A DNA stretch of 63,371 nt, counting the filler, from Octopus bimaculoides (taxonomy: Eukaryota): the NCBI RefSeq assembly GCF_001194135.2. It is 6 parts of 6 records of this genome, joined end to end, with 100 filler letters (N's around TTAATTAATTAA, not from the genome) between each part and the next. Parts side by side here need not be neighbours in the genome. Positions count along the whole stretch, not along the records: positions 38,052 to 43,786 come from NC_069009.1; positions 43,887 to 56,376 come from NC_068986.1; 4 more parts are not named here. One strand, 5' to 3'. The position numbers and the translations under genes are program-made. The notes under the pieces were generated by a model. The model made no database searches, had not been told where the DNA came from, and saw only the letters and a list, made by a program, of their open reading frames with translations. Of this stretch, positions 38,160-50,539 are shown one piece after another (position 1 is the first letter of the stretch; every line of letters begins with the position of its first letter).

Positions 38160-39275
38160 TCCCAATTCAACTGACCTGGTCCTTGGTAGAAACTTCAACC
38201 ATTAAAAACCACTACCTCTTAGTTTAACTGACCTAGATCATCATGCAGGTTTTGACCATCACAAATGACCACCTCCTAATTTATCTGACCTGGTCCTTGC
38301 TACAAACTGTGACTATCACAACCACTACCTCCCAAATCAACTGACCTAGTCTGGCCTGCAAACTTTGACCACCACAAACAACTACCTCCAAATTCAGCTG
38401 ATCTGGATTTTGCTACAAAATTTGACCATCAGAAACCACTGTCGCTCAATTCATCTGTCCTTATCCTTGCCACAAACTCTGACCATCACAAAATACTACG
38501 TCAAAATTTAGATAACCCAGAACCTACTGCAAAATTTGACCACCACAAATCACTGTCTCCCAATTCAACTGACCTAGTCTGGCCTGCAAACTTTGACCAT
38601 CAGAAAACATTACTCTCCAAATTAACTGACCAAGAATCTACTGCAAAATTTGACCACCGCAAATCACTGTCTCCCAATACAACTGACCACATCCTTACTA
38701 CAAACTTTGACCATCAGAAAACATTACTTCCCAAATTAACTGGCCAAGAACCTACCGCAAAATTTGACCACCACAAATAACTGTCTCCCAATACAACTGA
38801 CCACATCCTTACTACAAACTTTGACCATCAGAAAACATTACCTCTCAAATTACCTAGCCAAGAACCTACTGCAAAATTTGACCACCACAAATCACTGTCT
38901 CCCAATATAACTGACCACATCCTTACTACAAACTTTGACCATCAGAAAACATTACCTCCCAATTTAACTGGCCAAGAACCTTCAGCGAAATTTGACCATT
39001 ACAAACCACTGGCTCCTAATTTAATTGATCTTATCTTTGCAACAAAATTTGACCATCACAAAACACCACCTCATAATTCAACTCACCTAGGACCTGCTGC
39101 AAAATTCGACCATCAGAAACCACTATTTCTTAATTCAACTAATTTGGCCAATGCTACAAACTTCAACCCCCACAAAATATATCGTCTCAATTCAGCTAAC
39201 CCAGTCCTTCTTTCCAGCCTTCATCATCAAAACCCAAGCATCTCAATTCAACCATAAATTTTGACCATTGCAAGC
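38160..39275 (+). repeat. 57-bp tandem array (about 19 units, 114-bp higher-order dimer in the centre) reading as a 19-aa repeat
   Basis: AA[AC]TTTGACCA recurs every 57 nt; + frame open 38313-38777 and 38781-39254. Confidence 0.92.
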
Positions 39276-39919
39276 TGCCACCTCTCTCCTCCACAGCCAA
39301 CATCTTTCACAACAGCTCCTACACTACATCCAACATCACACACAGCCTTCCTTGCACTTGTATAGATCTTTACATCGATTATCCATTTCATCCAGTTTCC
39401 CATTCACAATTTCTAGACTTGAATAATAAGGCCTCTGCACTCTCTCTCTCACTTACTCCCTCTTTCTGTCTAACACATACACACACTCTCTCTCTCTCTC
39501 TCTCTCTATCTTTTTCTCCTTCTGAAGAAAGTTAAGCGTGTAAAGCAATTTTTTACAATCCCCATGGCTAATCAATTCATTGAAATCTAATTTATTTTTC
39601 TTCTATAAAGTGTGCATACACACACACAGATATATATTACATACCCATATATACACACACACATATATATGTATGCATACACACACATATATATTACATA
39701 CCCATATATATACATATATATATATATGTGTGTGTGTGTGTGTATGTATATATATATATATATATATACACATACATATATGCATGTTACATGCACACAA
39801 ACATTATGTAGATGCGTGCGTGTGCATTTCTGTGCGTATGGATCTTCTTACTGCCAAAAGTTAAATAATCAAACGACAAATATAAGCAAATAATTTCAAA
39901 ACACAAAACACGATTATAC

Positions 39920-40025
39920 TACTACTACTACTAATAATAATAATATTTATCAATTTTATTGTAATCATTGTTATTCATCCTTATCCTCACCCTTATTGTT
40001 ATCATATCATTATTGTTATTTATTA

Positions 40026-40059
<34 letters not shown>

Positions 40060-40245
40060 CATTGTTATTTTATTATTATTAGTTTCATTATTTTATTTTT
40101 TATTGTTTTTATTATTACTATCATCATTATTATTATTATTATCATAATTATTATTATTATTATTATTATCACCATTATTATCATTTTTATTATTTGATTA
40201 TTATCATTTTTATTTTTATTATTTTTTATTTTTATTATTATCCTT

Positions 40246-40279
<34 letters not shown>

Positions 40280-40280
40280 A
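39920..40280. repeat. (ATT)n/(ATC)n mosaic
   Basis: Seen directly. Confidence 0.9.
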
Positions 40281-40781
40281 ATAATACAAGAATACATCAG
40301 TAAGCTTTTCTCAATAAAAACGGTGTCTAACTTTTCTTGGAGGCAGTCACTTCCCCCCTCACCACCACTACCTCTCTCTCTCTCTCTTGGGAATTAATGA
40401 TTTTTGCTTTGTTCTAACAAAGTTGTTGATTTATCATTCTTAATTATCATGATTAATTAATGTTAGGCCATCATTGTAATTATCACTGTTGTTGTTGTTG
40501 TTGTTGTTGTAGATATTGTTGCTGTTGATTTTGTAGCTGTTTTTGCTACGTTGCATATTTGGGAGAATCAACATTGAAGCAGAAAACACAAAGAAAAAAA
40601 ATTAAAATGGAAAACAATGTTGCACTCCCTGGTTTATGTCCCTTCATAATATCTGTTATGAATTCCTTTGCTGTATGTGTGTGTGTGTGTGTCTATATAT
40701 ATATATGTGTGTGTACTTGTGTGTGTCTCTATATGTGTGTATATATAAATAAATAAATATATATATATATATATCTTTTGG

Positions 40782-41113
40782 TCTTTTACTTGTTTCAGTT
40801 ATTTGACTGTGGCCATGCTGGAGCACTGCCTTTAGTCGTGCAAATCAACCCCAGGACTTATTCTTTGTAAGCCTAGTACTTATTCTATCAGTCTCTTTTG
40901 CTGAACCGCTAAGTTACGGGGACGTAAACACACCAGCATCTGTTGTCAAGCGATGTTGAGGGGACAAACACACACACACAAATACATATACATATATACG
41001 ACGGGCTTCTTTCAGTTTCCGTCTACCAAATCCACTCACGAGGCTTTGGTCGGCCCAAGGCTATAGTAGAAGACACTTGCCCAAGGTGCCATGCAGTGGG
41101 ACTGAACCCAGAA

Positions 41114-41118
<5 letters not shown>
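40782..41118 (-). mobile_element. SINE family A, low divergence
   Basis: Complete tail, central (AC)(AT)n, head truncated at the B-box region. Confidence 0.9.
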
Positions 41119-41147
<29 letters not shown>

Positions 41148-41373
41148 CTTTATTGCCCACAGGGAGCTAAACACAGAAGGAACAAACAAGGACAGACATA
41201 GGGATTAAGTTGTTTACATCAACCCCAGTGCATAACCTGGTACTTATTTAATCAACTCCAAAAGGATGAAAGGCAAAGTCTACCTTGGCAGAATTTGAAC
41301 TCAGAACATAACGGTAGACGAAATACCGCCAAGCATTTCGCCCGGCATGCTAACGATTCTGTCAGCTCACCAC
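41148..41373 (-). mobile_element. SINE family B, full length
   Basis: Reverse complement GGTGAGCTGACAGAATCGTTAGCATGCCGGGCGAAATGCTT..GAGTTCAAATTC. Confidence 0.9.
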
Positions 41374-41392
41374 CCTATATATATGATGATGA

Positions 41393-41608
41393 TCATCATC
41401 ATCATTTAACATCCACTTTCCATGCTAGCATGGGTTGGATGATTTGACTGAGGACTGGCGAACCAGATGGCTGCACCAGGCCCCAATCTGATCTGGCAGA
41501 ATTTCTACAGCTGGATGCCCTTCCTAATGCCAACCACTCTCAGAGTATAATGGGTGCTTTTTAGGTGTCACCAGCACAAGGGCCAGTCCAGTGGTACTGG
41601 CAACAGCG
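41393..41608 (-). mobile_element. RTE-type LINE 3' terminus with (TGA)n tail
   Basis: GGTTGGCATTAGGAAGGGCATCCAGCTGTAG..CCAACCCATGCTAGCATGGAAAGTGGATGTTAAATGATGATG; shares UTR repeat unit with 42230-42290. Confidence 0.7.
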
Positions 41609-41609
41609 G

Positions 41610-41645
<36 letters not shown>

Positions 41646-41706
41646 TGTGTGTGTTTATATGCATATATTTCTATATAGCTATGCATATATGACTGTGTGT
41701 GTGTGT

Positions 41707-42295
41707 ACCCGTGGAAGAGGCAGGCCCAGGAAGACCTGAGATGAGCTGGTGAAGCATGACCTCCGAACTTTAGGCCTCACCGAGGCAATGACTTCTGACC
41801 GAGACCTTTGGAAATTATGCTGTGCTTGAGAAGACCCGGCAAGCCAAGTGAGACCAAAATCCAAGGCCTCTGCCAGGGATGTAACCAGCCTACTTATGCG
41901 TAACATTCCTTCTTTGGACACTAAACTCCGCTTGCGAAGACTTGTTGAGGCAAGTGAAATCGAAATCGAACTCAATTTGTAGACTGGCACCCATGCCAAC
42001 ATCTTCACTGAACACTAAACTCAGCTTACGAAGACCTGTTGGGGCAAGCAAAAGCGAAATCGTGATGGCACCTGTACCAGTGGAGCACTAAGAGCACCGT
42101 CCGAGCGTGATCATTGCCAGAGCACCAGCTGTCTGGCTTTCATGCCGGTGGCACGTAAATAGCACCATTTGAGCGTGACCATTACCAACGTCGCCTTCCT
42201 GGCACATGAAAAGACATTCGAGCGAGTTCGTTGCCAGACCCGCTGGACTGGCTCCTGTGCAGGTGGCATGTAAAATACACCATTTTATGTCTGTG
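41707..42295 (+). mobile_element. RTE-clade LINE ORF end plus 3' UTR
   Basis: RGRGRPRKT*DELVKHDLRTLGLTEAMTSDRDLWK, a typical RTE C-terminus. Confidence 0.85.
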
Positions 42296-42319
42296 TTACT
42301 CCCCTGCACCACTATTGAC

Positions 42320-42495
42320 AACCATTGTTGGTGTGTTTACATCCCTGTAACTTAGTGGTTCAGCAAAGGAGAGTGATAGAATAAGACTTAACAAATTAAG
42401 TACGGGGTTGATTCATTCAACTAAAAGAAATTCTTCCAGGTGGTGCCCCAGCATAGCCACGGTCTAATAACTAAAACAAGTAAAAGATAAAAGTA
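42320..42495 (+). mobile_element. SINE family A tail
   Basis: GTGTTTACATCCCTGTAACTTAG..CCCCAGCATAGCCACGG..AAACAAGTAAAAGA. Confidence 0.8.
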
Positions 42496-43009
42496 TCAGA
42501 TATACAAAAATGAGAGGTACAGTGACTAGACAATCATATATCTTTACTATAAAACATTCTCCTTCCACTACTATGTAAGGAAGCCAATTCTTAGACATTA
42601 TTTCACATATTTGTTGCACTTAGTTCATACAACAATGCTGCTGTGAATCAAGTATGAATATCAAAAGTTATTCATGAGTTTTGCGCAATCTCTGGAGATC
42701 TGACAATTTAATCAGATAAGAGGATTTTTCTTATATAACTGATATTGTTAATGAGATGTGTGTAAGATGATGTAAGTAAATATTATAAGAACAGAATTTC
42801 CTGATTTGTTTTAATTTGTAAATGTACTCTGTGACCTACACAATTGCAGAGAGACCCAATAAATATGATTCGGAATGTAATAGAAATTCCCTTCACTGTT
42901 TCCATTTGGATATACAGGAAAGTACACAGTTCTAAATACAAGTTTTCTATCATCTGATTTAAGTCTAGATAACACCATAGTATTGTATATATGTGCATGT
43001 GTATGCAAA

Positions 43010-43160
43010 GAGAGAGAGAGAGAGAGATGTGTGTACACATATATGTAAATGCTTATATATATATGTAAGCACATACATATAAGTGTATATATGTGTGGTG
43101 TGTGTATATACATATATAAATGCTTATGTGTGTGCATGTATGTATTTATATATACCTGCC

Positions 43161-43196
<36 letters not shown>

Positions 43197-43560
43197 CATG
43201 TATATGTATATACACACATACTTATACATAAATACATACACATATAAATACATATATGCACATATACATACTTATATATATACATACATACATATATACA
43301 TATATAAAATATACATACATATAAACACACATACATACATACAAACACATACATACATGTATAAATGTACAAACATAAATACATACATATATATATATAT
43401 ACATGCATTTATATATATTTATATACATATATGTAGAGAGAGAGAGATACATATGTTTGCATATATACATACATACACATGTATATCTAGCTACATACAT
43501 ACATGCATATATACATACACATATGCATGCACACAGACACACATAGACACATTCGAACAT
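43010..43560. repeat. (AT)/(TACA) mosaic
   Basis: Seen directly. Confidence 0.9.
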
Positions 43561-43736
43561 GTAGAAATTTTTCATAATGCTAATGCGTAATTTTGCCTAA
43601 AACACACAAACACCGAAACAGACTTTTTAATTTTACCATCATATAAGAATACACATGAAATTATTCACATAATCTCAAGACAGTTTTTGAGACAGATGTG
43701 TATTGAGACTGTTAAATAGTTAACTGTGTATATATA

Positions 43737-43786
<50 letters not shown>

Positions 43787-43830
43787 NNNNNNNNNNNNNN
43801 NNNNNNNNNNNNNNNNNNNNNNNNNNNNNN

Positions 43831-43842
43831 TTAATTAATTAA
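43831..43842. other. Scaffold linker TTAATTAATTAA
   Basis: Within N run. Confidence 0.95.
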
Positions 43843-44215
43843 NNNNNNNNNNNNNNNNNNNNNNNNNNNNNNNNNNNNNNNNNNNNATATATATATATAT
43901 ATATGCATATATATATGCATATATATAGATAGATATATGTATATATATATATATACACATATATATGCATATATATGTATATATATGTATGTACATATGT
44001 ATATATACATACATATGTATATGTATATAAATATATATATATAAACACATATATGTGTGTGTATATAATGTGTATGCATATGTAAGTATGTATACTGAGA
44101 GTGTCAGGCAGAGAGAGAGAGAGAGTGAGAGAGAGAGAAAGAGGTGGAAAAGATATATATCTTAAGATAGAAATGAAGAAATGGATAGACCGTACACAGA
44201 GAAGAGTAATCAAGC

Positions 44216-44314
<99 letters not shown>

Positions 44315-44779
44315 TGCTATATGCATACGTGGATGAAGAAATATTCGATTGTTTCATTGGAAAGTGCTTCTTAGACAGATAATTGCGATAGGGAACCTGA
44401 AATATTAAAAGAGTGATCGAGCCTCACACAGAATGAGAGAAACAGGAAAGAGTGATGGACGTGGTGTGATAAATACACACATTGACAGGCAGTTTGGTAG
44501 ATAACTGCTTGATAGATATATGATAGATATATATGATATATGATATATATATATATATATANNNNNNNNNNNNNNNNNNNNNNNNNNNNNNNNNNNNNNN
44601 NNNNNNNNNNNNNNNNNNNNNNNNNNNNNNNNNNNNNNNNNNNNNNNNNNNNNNNNNNNNNNNNNNNNNNNNNNNNNNNNNNNNNNNNNNNNNNNNNNNN
44701 NNNNNNNNNNNNNNNNNNNNNNNNNNNNNNNNNNNNNNNNNNNNNNNNNNNNNNNNNNNNNNNNNNNNNTTCTGTACAG

Positions 44780-44899
44780 AACTTGCTTCTAGGCTGTCAG
44801 AGTAACATATGGTGCAAATTATATTTGCGCGGTTTTCCTTTCGGCCACAGCAACGGGGCTGGTTATAACTATTCAAAGATGTCGTTACAGCCAACTTTT
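44780..44899 (+). CDS. Candidate exon, 120 nt (NLLLGCQSNIWCKLYLRGFPFGHSNGAGYNYSKMSLQPTF)
   Basis: TTT|GTAAGT donor and open frame; acceptor uncertain because it abuts a gap (alternative acceptor near 44841). Confidence 0.2.
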
Positions 44900-45175
44900 G
44901 TAAGTGTATTCTTTCACAGTTTCCAATGGACCTCGTCGAGCCAATTTTTGTTGCCAACATTTGCATTGTAACCTTTCAAATACATTTTTTCAATTTTGTT
45001 TATCCATGTGGTTTTCAAATGTTCGTTTATCTCTATCTGTCTGCCTCCTTACTTACTACACAACTAATAACCTGACCTGCCCTTTTTTTTTTTTTTTGTT
45101 ATTCCAGATTGAAGGGGACGACTGTGACTGCACTTCGAACACACCTTACTAAACTCTACTTGACACAGCTAACTA

Positions 45176-46030
45176 CACTGCGTTTCAAATTGTTAACGAC
45201 GTAACATTTTAAAAATTTTATTTGAAAACTACTCGTTGGAAATCAACGAAATTTTAACAGAATAATGACAACAGTTATATGCGCGTAGTTGTAAACAACA
45301 TGAGGTTCCGTAAAGCAGCACAGAAACTATGGCCATTTACTAAATTTTACATAAATCTTCACTGTTTCAAACTATTAGCGAGGTGTAAGAAAATATCAAT
45401 CTGATTGTTTGGTGTACATACCGAAATGAATTCATACAGTTATAAACATGGGAGAAATAGAAATAAACAAGTAAACAGCGTTCAAAAATGATAGGTGAGT
45501 TGGTTAGTAAGGGATATATGTGTGGTTGTTTGAAATAAGTTGGAAAAGGTGCTGGTCCATGGAACATGCTAAATTCTGGATCCCCTCTGATGTTATACAA
45601 CGGGATACAGCCACTGTTGCCTGCCACAGTTCATCCTTGCTCCTAAATTGGCGTCCATTTTCGTAAACTCATCGCTTTAGAATACTCCACAAGTTTTTTT
45701 TTTATTGAGTTTAAGTTAGGGGAACAGATAAGTCACTTCATCTTTCGCGCTCCACAGAAACCTAAATGTTGCAGATACTATGTAGTTTTCTTCGCTGAGT
45801 GGGAGGTCGCATTATCTTGCACGAATATCATTGTTGTCTTGAGATGGTCCTTTGCTTTTTTAACCAAGGTTCAAGGTGTTCCCTCAGAAAGGCTATGTAA
45901 GCATATGAATAAAGCACTATTGTTCCTGAAAGTTGTTACTTTACCTTCTACGGACTGCTCGAAGCATACTAACTTCCTACACCTTGATCCTTGGATCTTA
46001 CCTTTACACCTCCACACACACACACAAACG

Positions 46031-46061
<31 letters not shown>

Positions 46062-46908
46062 AAACACATATAATACCGTCAGGCACTTTCCATTTTAACA
46101 CCGTCAAGCACTTTCCAAAGAGCAACCATAATGCCTACAATAACACCTGCTCAAATCACGTCTCCTTCTCCTTGTCGACGTCTGATGACGATCTCGTCTA
46201 TTTACAACCCATCTCTTGATCCAACCATCAAGTCCATCACGGTTAGCACGAGTTTCGTCCGTAAACAGAACTTTTGATAAGTCGACCTTCATGTTATCTT
46301 CTGCCCATTTCAGATGATTTTGTGTGAATTTGTTAAAAGGAGGCCTTTTAACTGATGTTACTGGTTTACCGACCTTTTTCAGAAGACGACACTGGGTAGT
46401 TCTAGACACAGTTGTTTCGCCAATGCGCTAGAAAAGTTCTCCACTTGTAAGACCTGGCTTTTTTACAGCTTCACGCTTAATTCGTGACGGAGAACGTTGA
46501 GAAACAGCTTTTGACTGACTCTTGTTGGCTCTCTTACGTATCTTCGTAGGAGGGGTAATTTTTCACAGTTTGGTGATACCTTCCAATTATTCTAGATATT
46601 TCTAATGTTGATTTGCCATTTGCAAGTTCAGAAGTAATAACAGATTTCTCTGAAGCAGTTAAGTCACATTTACGACCCATAATAAGACGATTACCAGACC
46701 TCTCGTTAATAATTTGTAACACTGAAAGTTCGTGGAAATCGTGCAAACGGCAGCAGTTTGTTTACACTTGTGCAAAAACCTTAACTTATTTACACACCAC
46801 GCGCATATAACTGTTGCCATCACTCTGTGGAAATTTCGTTGAATTCCAACGAGTAGTTTTTAAATAAAATAAACAAATGTTACGTCGTTAATAATTTGAA
46901 ACGCAATA
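45176..46908 (-). mobile_element. Full-length decayed Tc1 (DD34E) transposon with about 205-bp IR/DR-type TIRs
   Basis: TA target sites 45174-45175 and 46909-46910; TIRs 45176-45382 and 46702-46908; MGRKCDLTASEK.., VLFTDE, FVQDNATSH, SPNLNSI-NLWSILKR with stops and frameshifts. Confidence 0.92.
45905..46065. other. About 160-bp insertion with (AC)n/(GC)n interrupting the Tc1 transposase
   Basis: Falls between GVKM and AYIAFL; GAAAGTGC(T/C)TGACGGT is duplicated at the junction. Confidence 0.65.
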
Positions 46909-46910
46909 TA

Positions 46911-47300
46911 GTTCACAAAATGCAGTCGGGGCATGTAGGCAAGCTGGAAGGTCGCTATGCAATAAAATATTGTGTTAAAAAGGGCAAACACACTACTGAA
47001 ACTGATGAAAAATTCCAGACTGCTTATGGATTAACTTGTATGAATAGAACATCTGCTTTCACAGGCACAAAGTGACTGGCCGGAAAGCTCATGATGAACC
47101 TCTTTATCACATTCACTGAGTTCTCTTTGGCCAGACAGTCAAGAAAGATACTTTGTTGAGATTATGAGGTAGTTCAAAAAGAGATTTTGTCGCAAGATCC
47201 AAATTAGTCTTGTGGAACCCACTTCACGGAAAGAAAAATTTCATCACACATCGACAACTTGATTGCAGACATTGGCCTAGAATGTTTTTAGGACCTCGAG
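46911..47300 (+). mobile_element. Internally deleted mariner relic
   Basis: LEGRYAIKYCVKKGKHTTET..FQTAYGLTCMNRTSAF (Mos1-like HTH), then GQTV-K-YFVEIMR. Confidence 0.8.
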
Positions 47301-47689
47301 GCAATGATGTTGAAACAAGAAGTGTGACGGGTGGACTTTGTTGGAACCCGGCCATAAAAAAAAAACGATAAAAATTATAGTTTTTTTTCTGTATAACTCT
47401 TATCCAGAAATGCGTGGCCTGTCCAGCTCTATGACATCCATTATCTTGAGTAGAGATAACGGAGTGATACGTTTTGGTGTCTCTCCTTTCAGCCTTTGAG
47501 TTTCTCAACCCCATTTCAATCCCTGGATTTTGCGCTTTTATCTCAAGACTCTTTTGATGTACCTTTGTTATTTAAAAACTGTTTGGCATATACATCCGCC
47601 TCTTTCCACTTCTCTGCTCATCAATCATATTGTTGGACTAGGAATAGTTTTGCATGTATGTATACATTTGCCTCTGTGTGTGAGTCATT

Positions 47690-48415
47690 ATTCACTTTTA
47701 TTTCAAGATTTCTTGCCAATAGAGAAAAAGCCGGTTTCTAATCTAGATCCAAGACTCCTTCATTAGAATTTCAACATCAACAACAGGGTATTATGTATGT
47801 ATGATTTGTATGTTTTGTTTTATGTATGTCTAAACGCATAGTTGCATGTCTAAACGTGGTCATATATACTTAAATGATAAACTTCTGGAAAGTTTTACAA
47901 GTTTTTACAGTTCTATATATGGCTTGGATCTGTAGTCTTTATGTAAATACGTATGTATGTATGTATGTATGTATGTCATTATTGAGTTTATTTCAAGATT
48001 TCTGGCCAATAGAGAAAGAACCGGTTTCTAATTTAGATCCAAGGCTCCTTCATTAGAATTTCAACATCAACAACAGGGCAATTTTGTTTGTTTGTTTGTA
48101 TGTATGTATGTATGTATGTATGTATGTAGGCATGTATGTGCGGATTTGTATGTTTCATGTATGTATTCTCATGCATATAGTTGCATATATACATGCTCAT
48201 ATATATTTAAATGATAAACTTCTGGAAAGCTTTACAGATTTTTACAGCTCTAGTGATGGATTGGATCTGTAGTCTTCAAATCGGTTTTCTCCTTGCTAGT
48301 TTTGAGAAGTCTAATTTCTCAAGATTGGTACTTAGGCGGTGTGTTACATATCCCAGGGCTCCAATAATTACAGGTATAAACCTGAGCTTGTAATCTGGAT
48401 AGATTACAATACGTA
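47690..48415 (-). mobile_element. R4/Dong-like LINE 3' end with tandem duplication of the terminal ~290 bp
   Basis: YPDYKLRFIPVIIGALGYVT..LQIQSI..VKICK-FQKFII*; stop region at 48205-48275 and 47870-47940; tail at 47985-48090 and 47690-47790. Confidence 0.85.
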
Positions 48416-48472
48416 CATGTGTATGTATACATGTACCTACATACGCACGTATGTATGTATGCATGTATGTGC

Positions 48473-48760
48473 GTGAAGGCACGTGGCTTAGTGGTTAGGG
48501 CATTCAGCACGCCGTGTCCTTGAACAAGACACTTTATTTCACCGTCCTCCACTTCATTCGGCTGGCAAAATGAATAGTACCTTTATTTCAAACGGCCAGC
48601 TTTGTCACATTCTGTGTCCCACTGAGTCTCCCTGAGAAATACTTTAAGGGTATGTATTGTCTCTGGAATGCTCAACCACTTATACTTTAATTTCACAGCT
48701 AGGCTGTTCCGTTGATCAGGTGAACAGGAACACTTATTGTCGTAACCGACTGAGTGCCAA
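48473..48760 (+). mobile_element. SINE, head C (B-box deleted) + tail T2
   Basis: GGCACGTGGCTTAGTGG..GTGTCCTTGAACAAGACACTT..GGCTGTTCCGTTGATC..GTAACCGACTGAGTGCCA. Confidence 0.85.
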
Positions 48761-48842
48761 TTATGTATGTATGTATGTATGTATGTATGTATGTATGTAT
48801 GTATGTATGCATGCATGTATGTATATATGTATGTATGTATGA

Positions 48843-49235
48843 GTGGAGGCGCAATGGCCCAGTGGTTAGGGCAGCGGACTCACGGTCATAGGATCGTGGT
48901 TCCGATTCCCAGACCGGGCGTTGTGAGTGTTTATTGACCGAAAACACCTAAAGCTCCACGAGGCTCCGGCAGGGGATGGTGGCGAACCCTGCTGTACTCT
49001 TTCACCACAACTTTCTCTCACTCTTTCTTCCTGTTTCTGTTGTGCCTGTAATTCAAAAGGTCAGCCTTGTCACACTGTGTCACGCTGAATATCCCCCGAG
49101 AACTACGTTAAGGGTACACGTGTCTGTGGAGTGCTCAGCCACTTGCACGTTAATTTCACGAGCAGGCTGTTCCATTGATCGGATCAACTGGAACCCTCGA
49201 CGTCGTAAGCGACGGAGTGCCAACAAAAGCAACAA
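48843..49235 (+). mobile_element. SINE, head D + tail T2, full length, low divergence
   Basis: A-box TGGCCCAGTGG, B-box-like GGTTCCGATTCC. Confidence 0.9.
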
Positions 49236-50031
49236 TGTATGTATGTGTGTAGGGGTAGGTGGCTGGATGGATGGATGGATGCATTGGCGGAAGGGTGGCT
49301 GGCTGGATGGGATGGATGGATGCAAGCATGCATATAGATGGATGAAGGAATAGTGGATGTTTGTACGCATGCGTAAAACTGCAATCACTATACAAAAACT
49401 ATTTTACTTTCAATAAAAATAATTTCGTCCGAGGTTGTTTGAACCTCTCACACACTAACCTATTTCTTTATAACGAAATATATCTAAAAAAATAATCCGC
49501 TTTTATTGTATAAAAAAGCTAGCGGCTGTCACAGAAATAACTGAGAATACTTAACAGATGTTATAGCCCGTAATATGATGTCAGATATGATGTGACAATG
49601 ATGCGACTGTTAGGCGTCATTAGTGATTAGAATGATTAACCACATTGGCTCTGGGTTACAAATTCATTGTTATGAATATAATCGATTAAATCGATCTCAG
49701 TTCATGACTGGTACTTATTATTTCTTTGCTATATGGAGGCTGAAAGGTAAAGGAGAAGAAAAGGGAAATAGAGTGGACAGGATTTAATTTGTGAACATTT
49801 CTTTTTTTTTTACTAACTGCTGCAAGGCACTTAATTCCACACAACCATTTCTGTCATTTCTCTACCATTTTACTATGATAGTTATATACATCCATAGTTA
49901 TATGCATCCATAGTTATATACATCCATCCATACGTACACATATACTTACGCACATACATACACATATACATGCATACACACACGCATACATAAGCACGCA
50001 CATATGCATATATGTATTCTTATTCTGTTAT

Positions 50032-50428
50032 TCTTTTACTTGTGTCAGTCAGTTGACTGCGGCCATGCTGGAGCACCGCCTTGAAAGGGTTTAGTCAAAC
50101 GAATCGACCATAGGACTTACTTTTTTAATCCTAGTACTTATTCTATCGGACGCTTTTGTCGAACTGCTAGGTTACGGGGACGTAAACAAACCAACACTGC
50201 TTGTCAAACGGTGAGGTAGGGAACAAACACAGAGACATATATACATATATATATATGTGTGTNNNNNNNNNNATATATATATATATACAACGGGCTTCTT
50301 TCAGTTTCCGTTTACCAGACTCACTTTGGTCGGCTCGAGGCTATAGTAGGAGACATTTGCCCAAGGTTCCACGCAGTGGGACTAAACCCAGAAGCATGTG
50401 GTTGGGAAGCAATCTTCTTACCAAACAC
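50032..50428 (-). mobile_element. SINE family A, full length
   Basis: Head, microsatellite and tail. Confidence 0.9.
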
Positions 50429-50539
50429 ATACATATATATATATGTGTGTGTGTGTGTGTGTATACACATATATATGTATATGTATATGCATGCACATAC
50501 ATACATACGTAAACAAAAGAGGCACCTTTTGAACTCTAT

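Noticed and set aside
38160-39275. CRISPR-like reading of the 57-bp array
   Set aside because: The variable parts are homologous to each other rather than unique spacers; eukaryotic context; no cas genes
42783-42990. Open frames on both strands (RDPINMIRNVIEIPF.. and LKSDDRKLVFRTVYFP..)
   Set aside because: Weak splice signals and no family recognised
48843-48920. tRNA gene calls for A/B-box sequences
   Set aside because: They continue into SINE bodies and lack a complete cloverleaf; they are SINE heads
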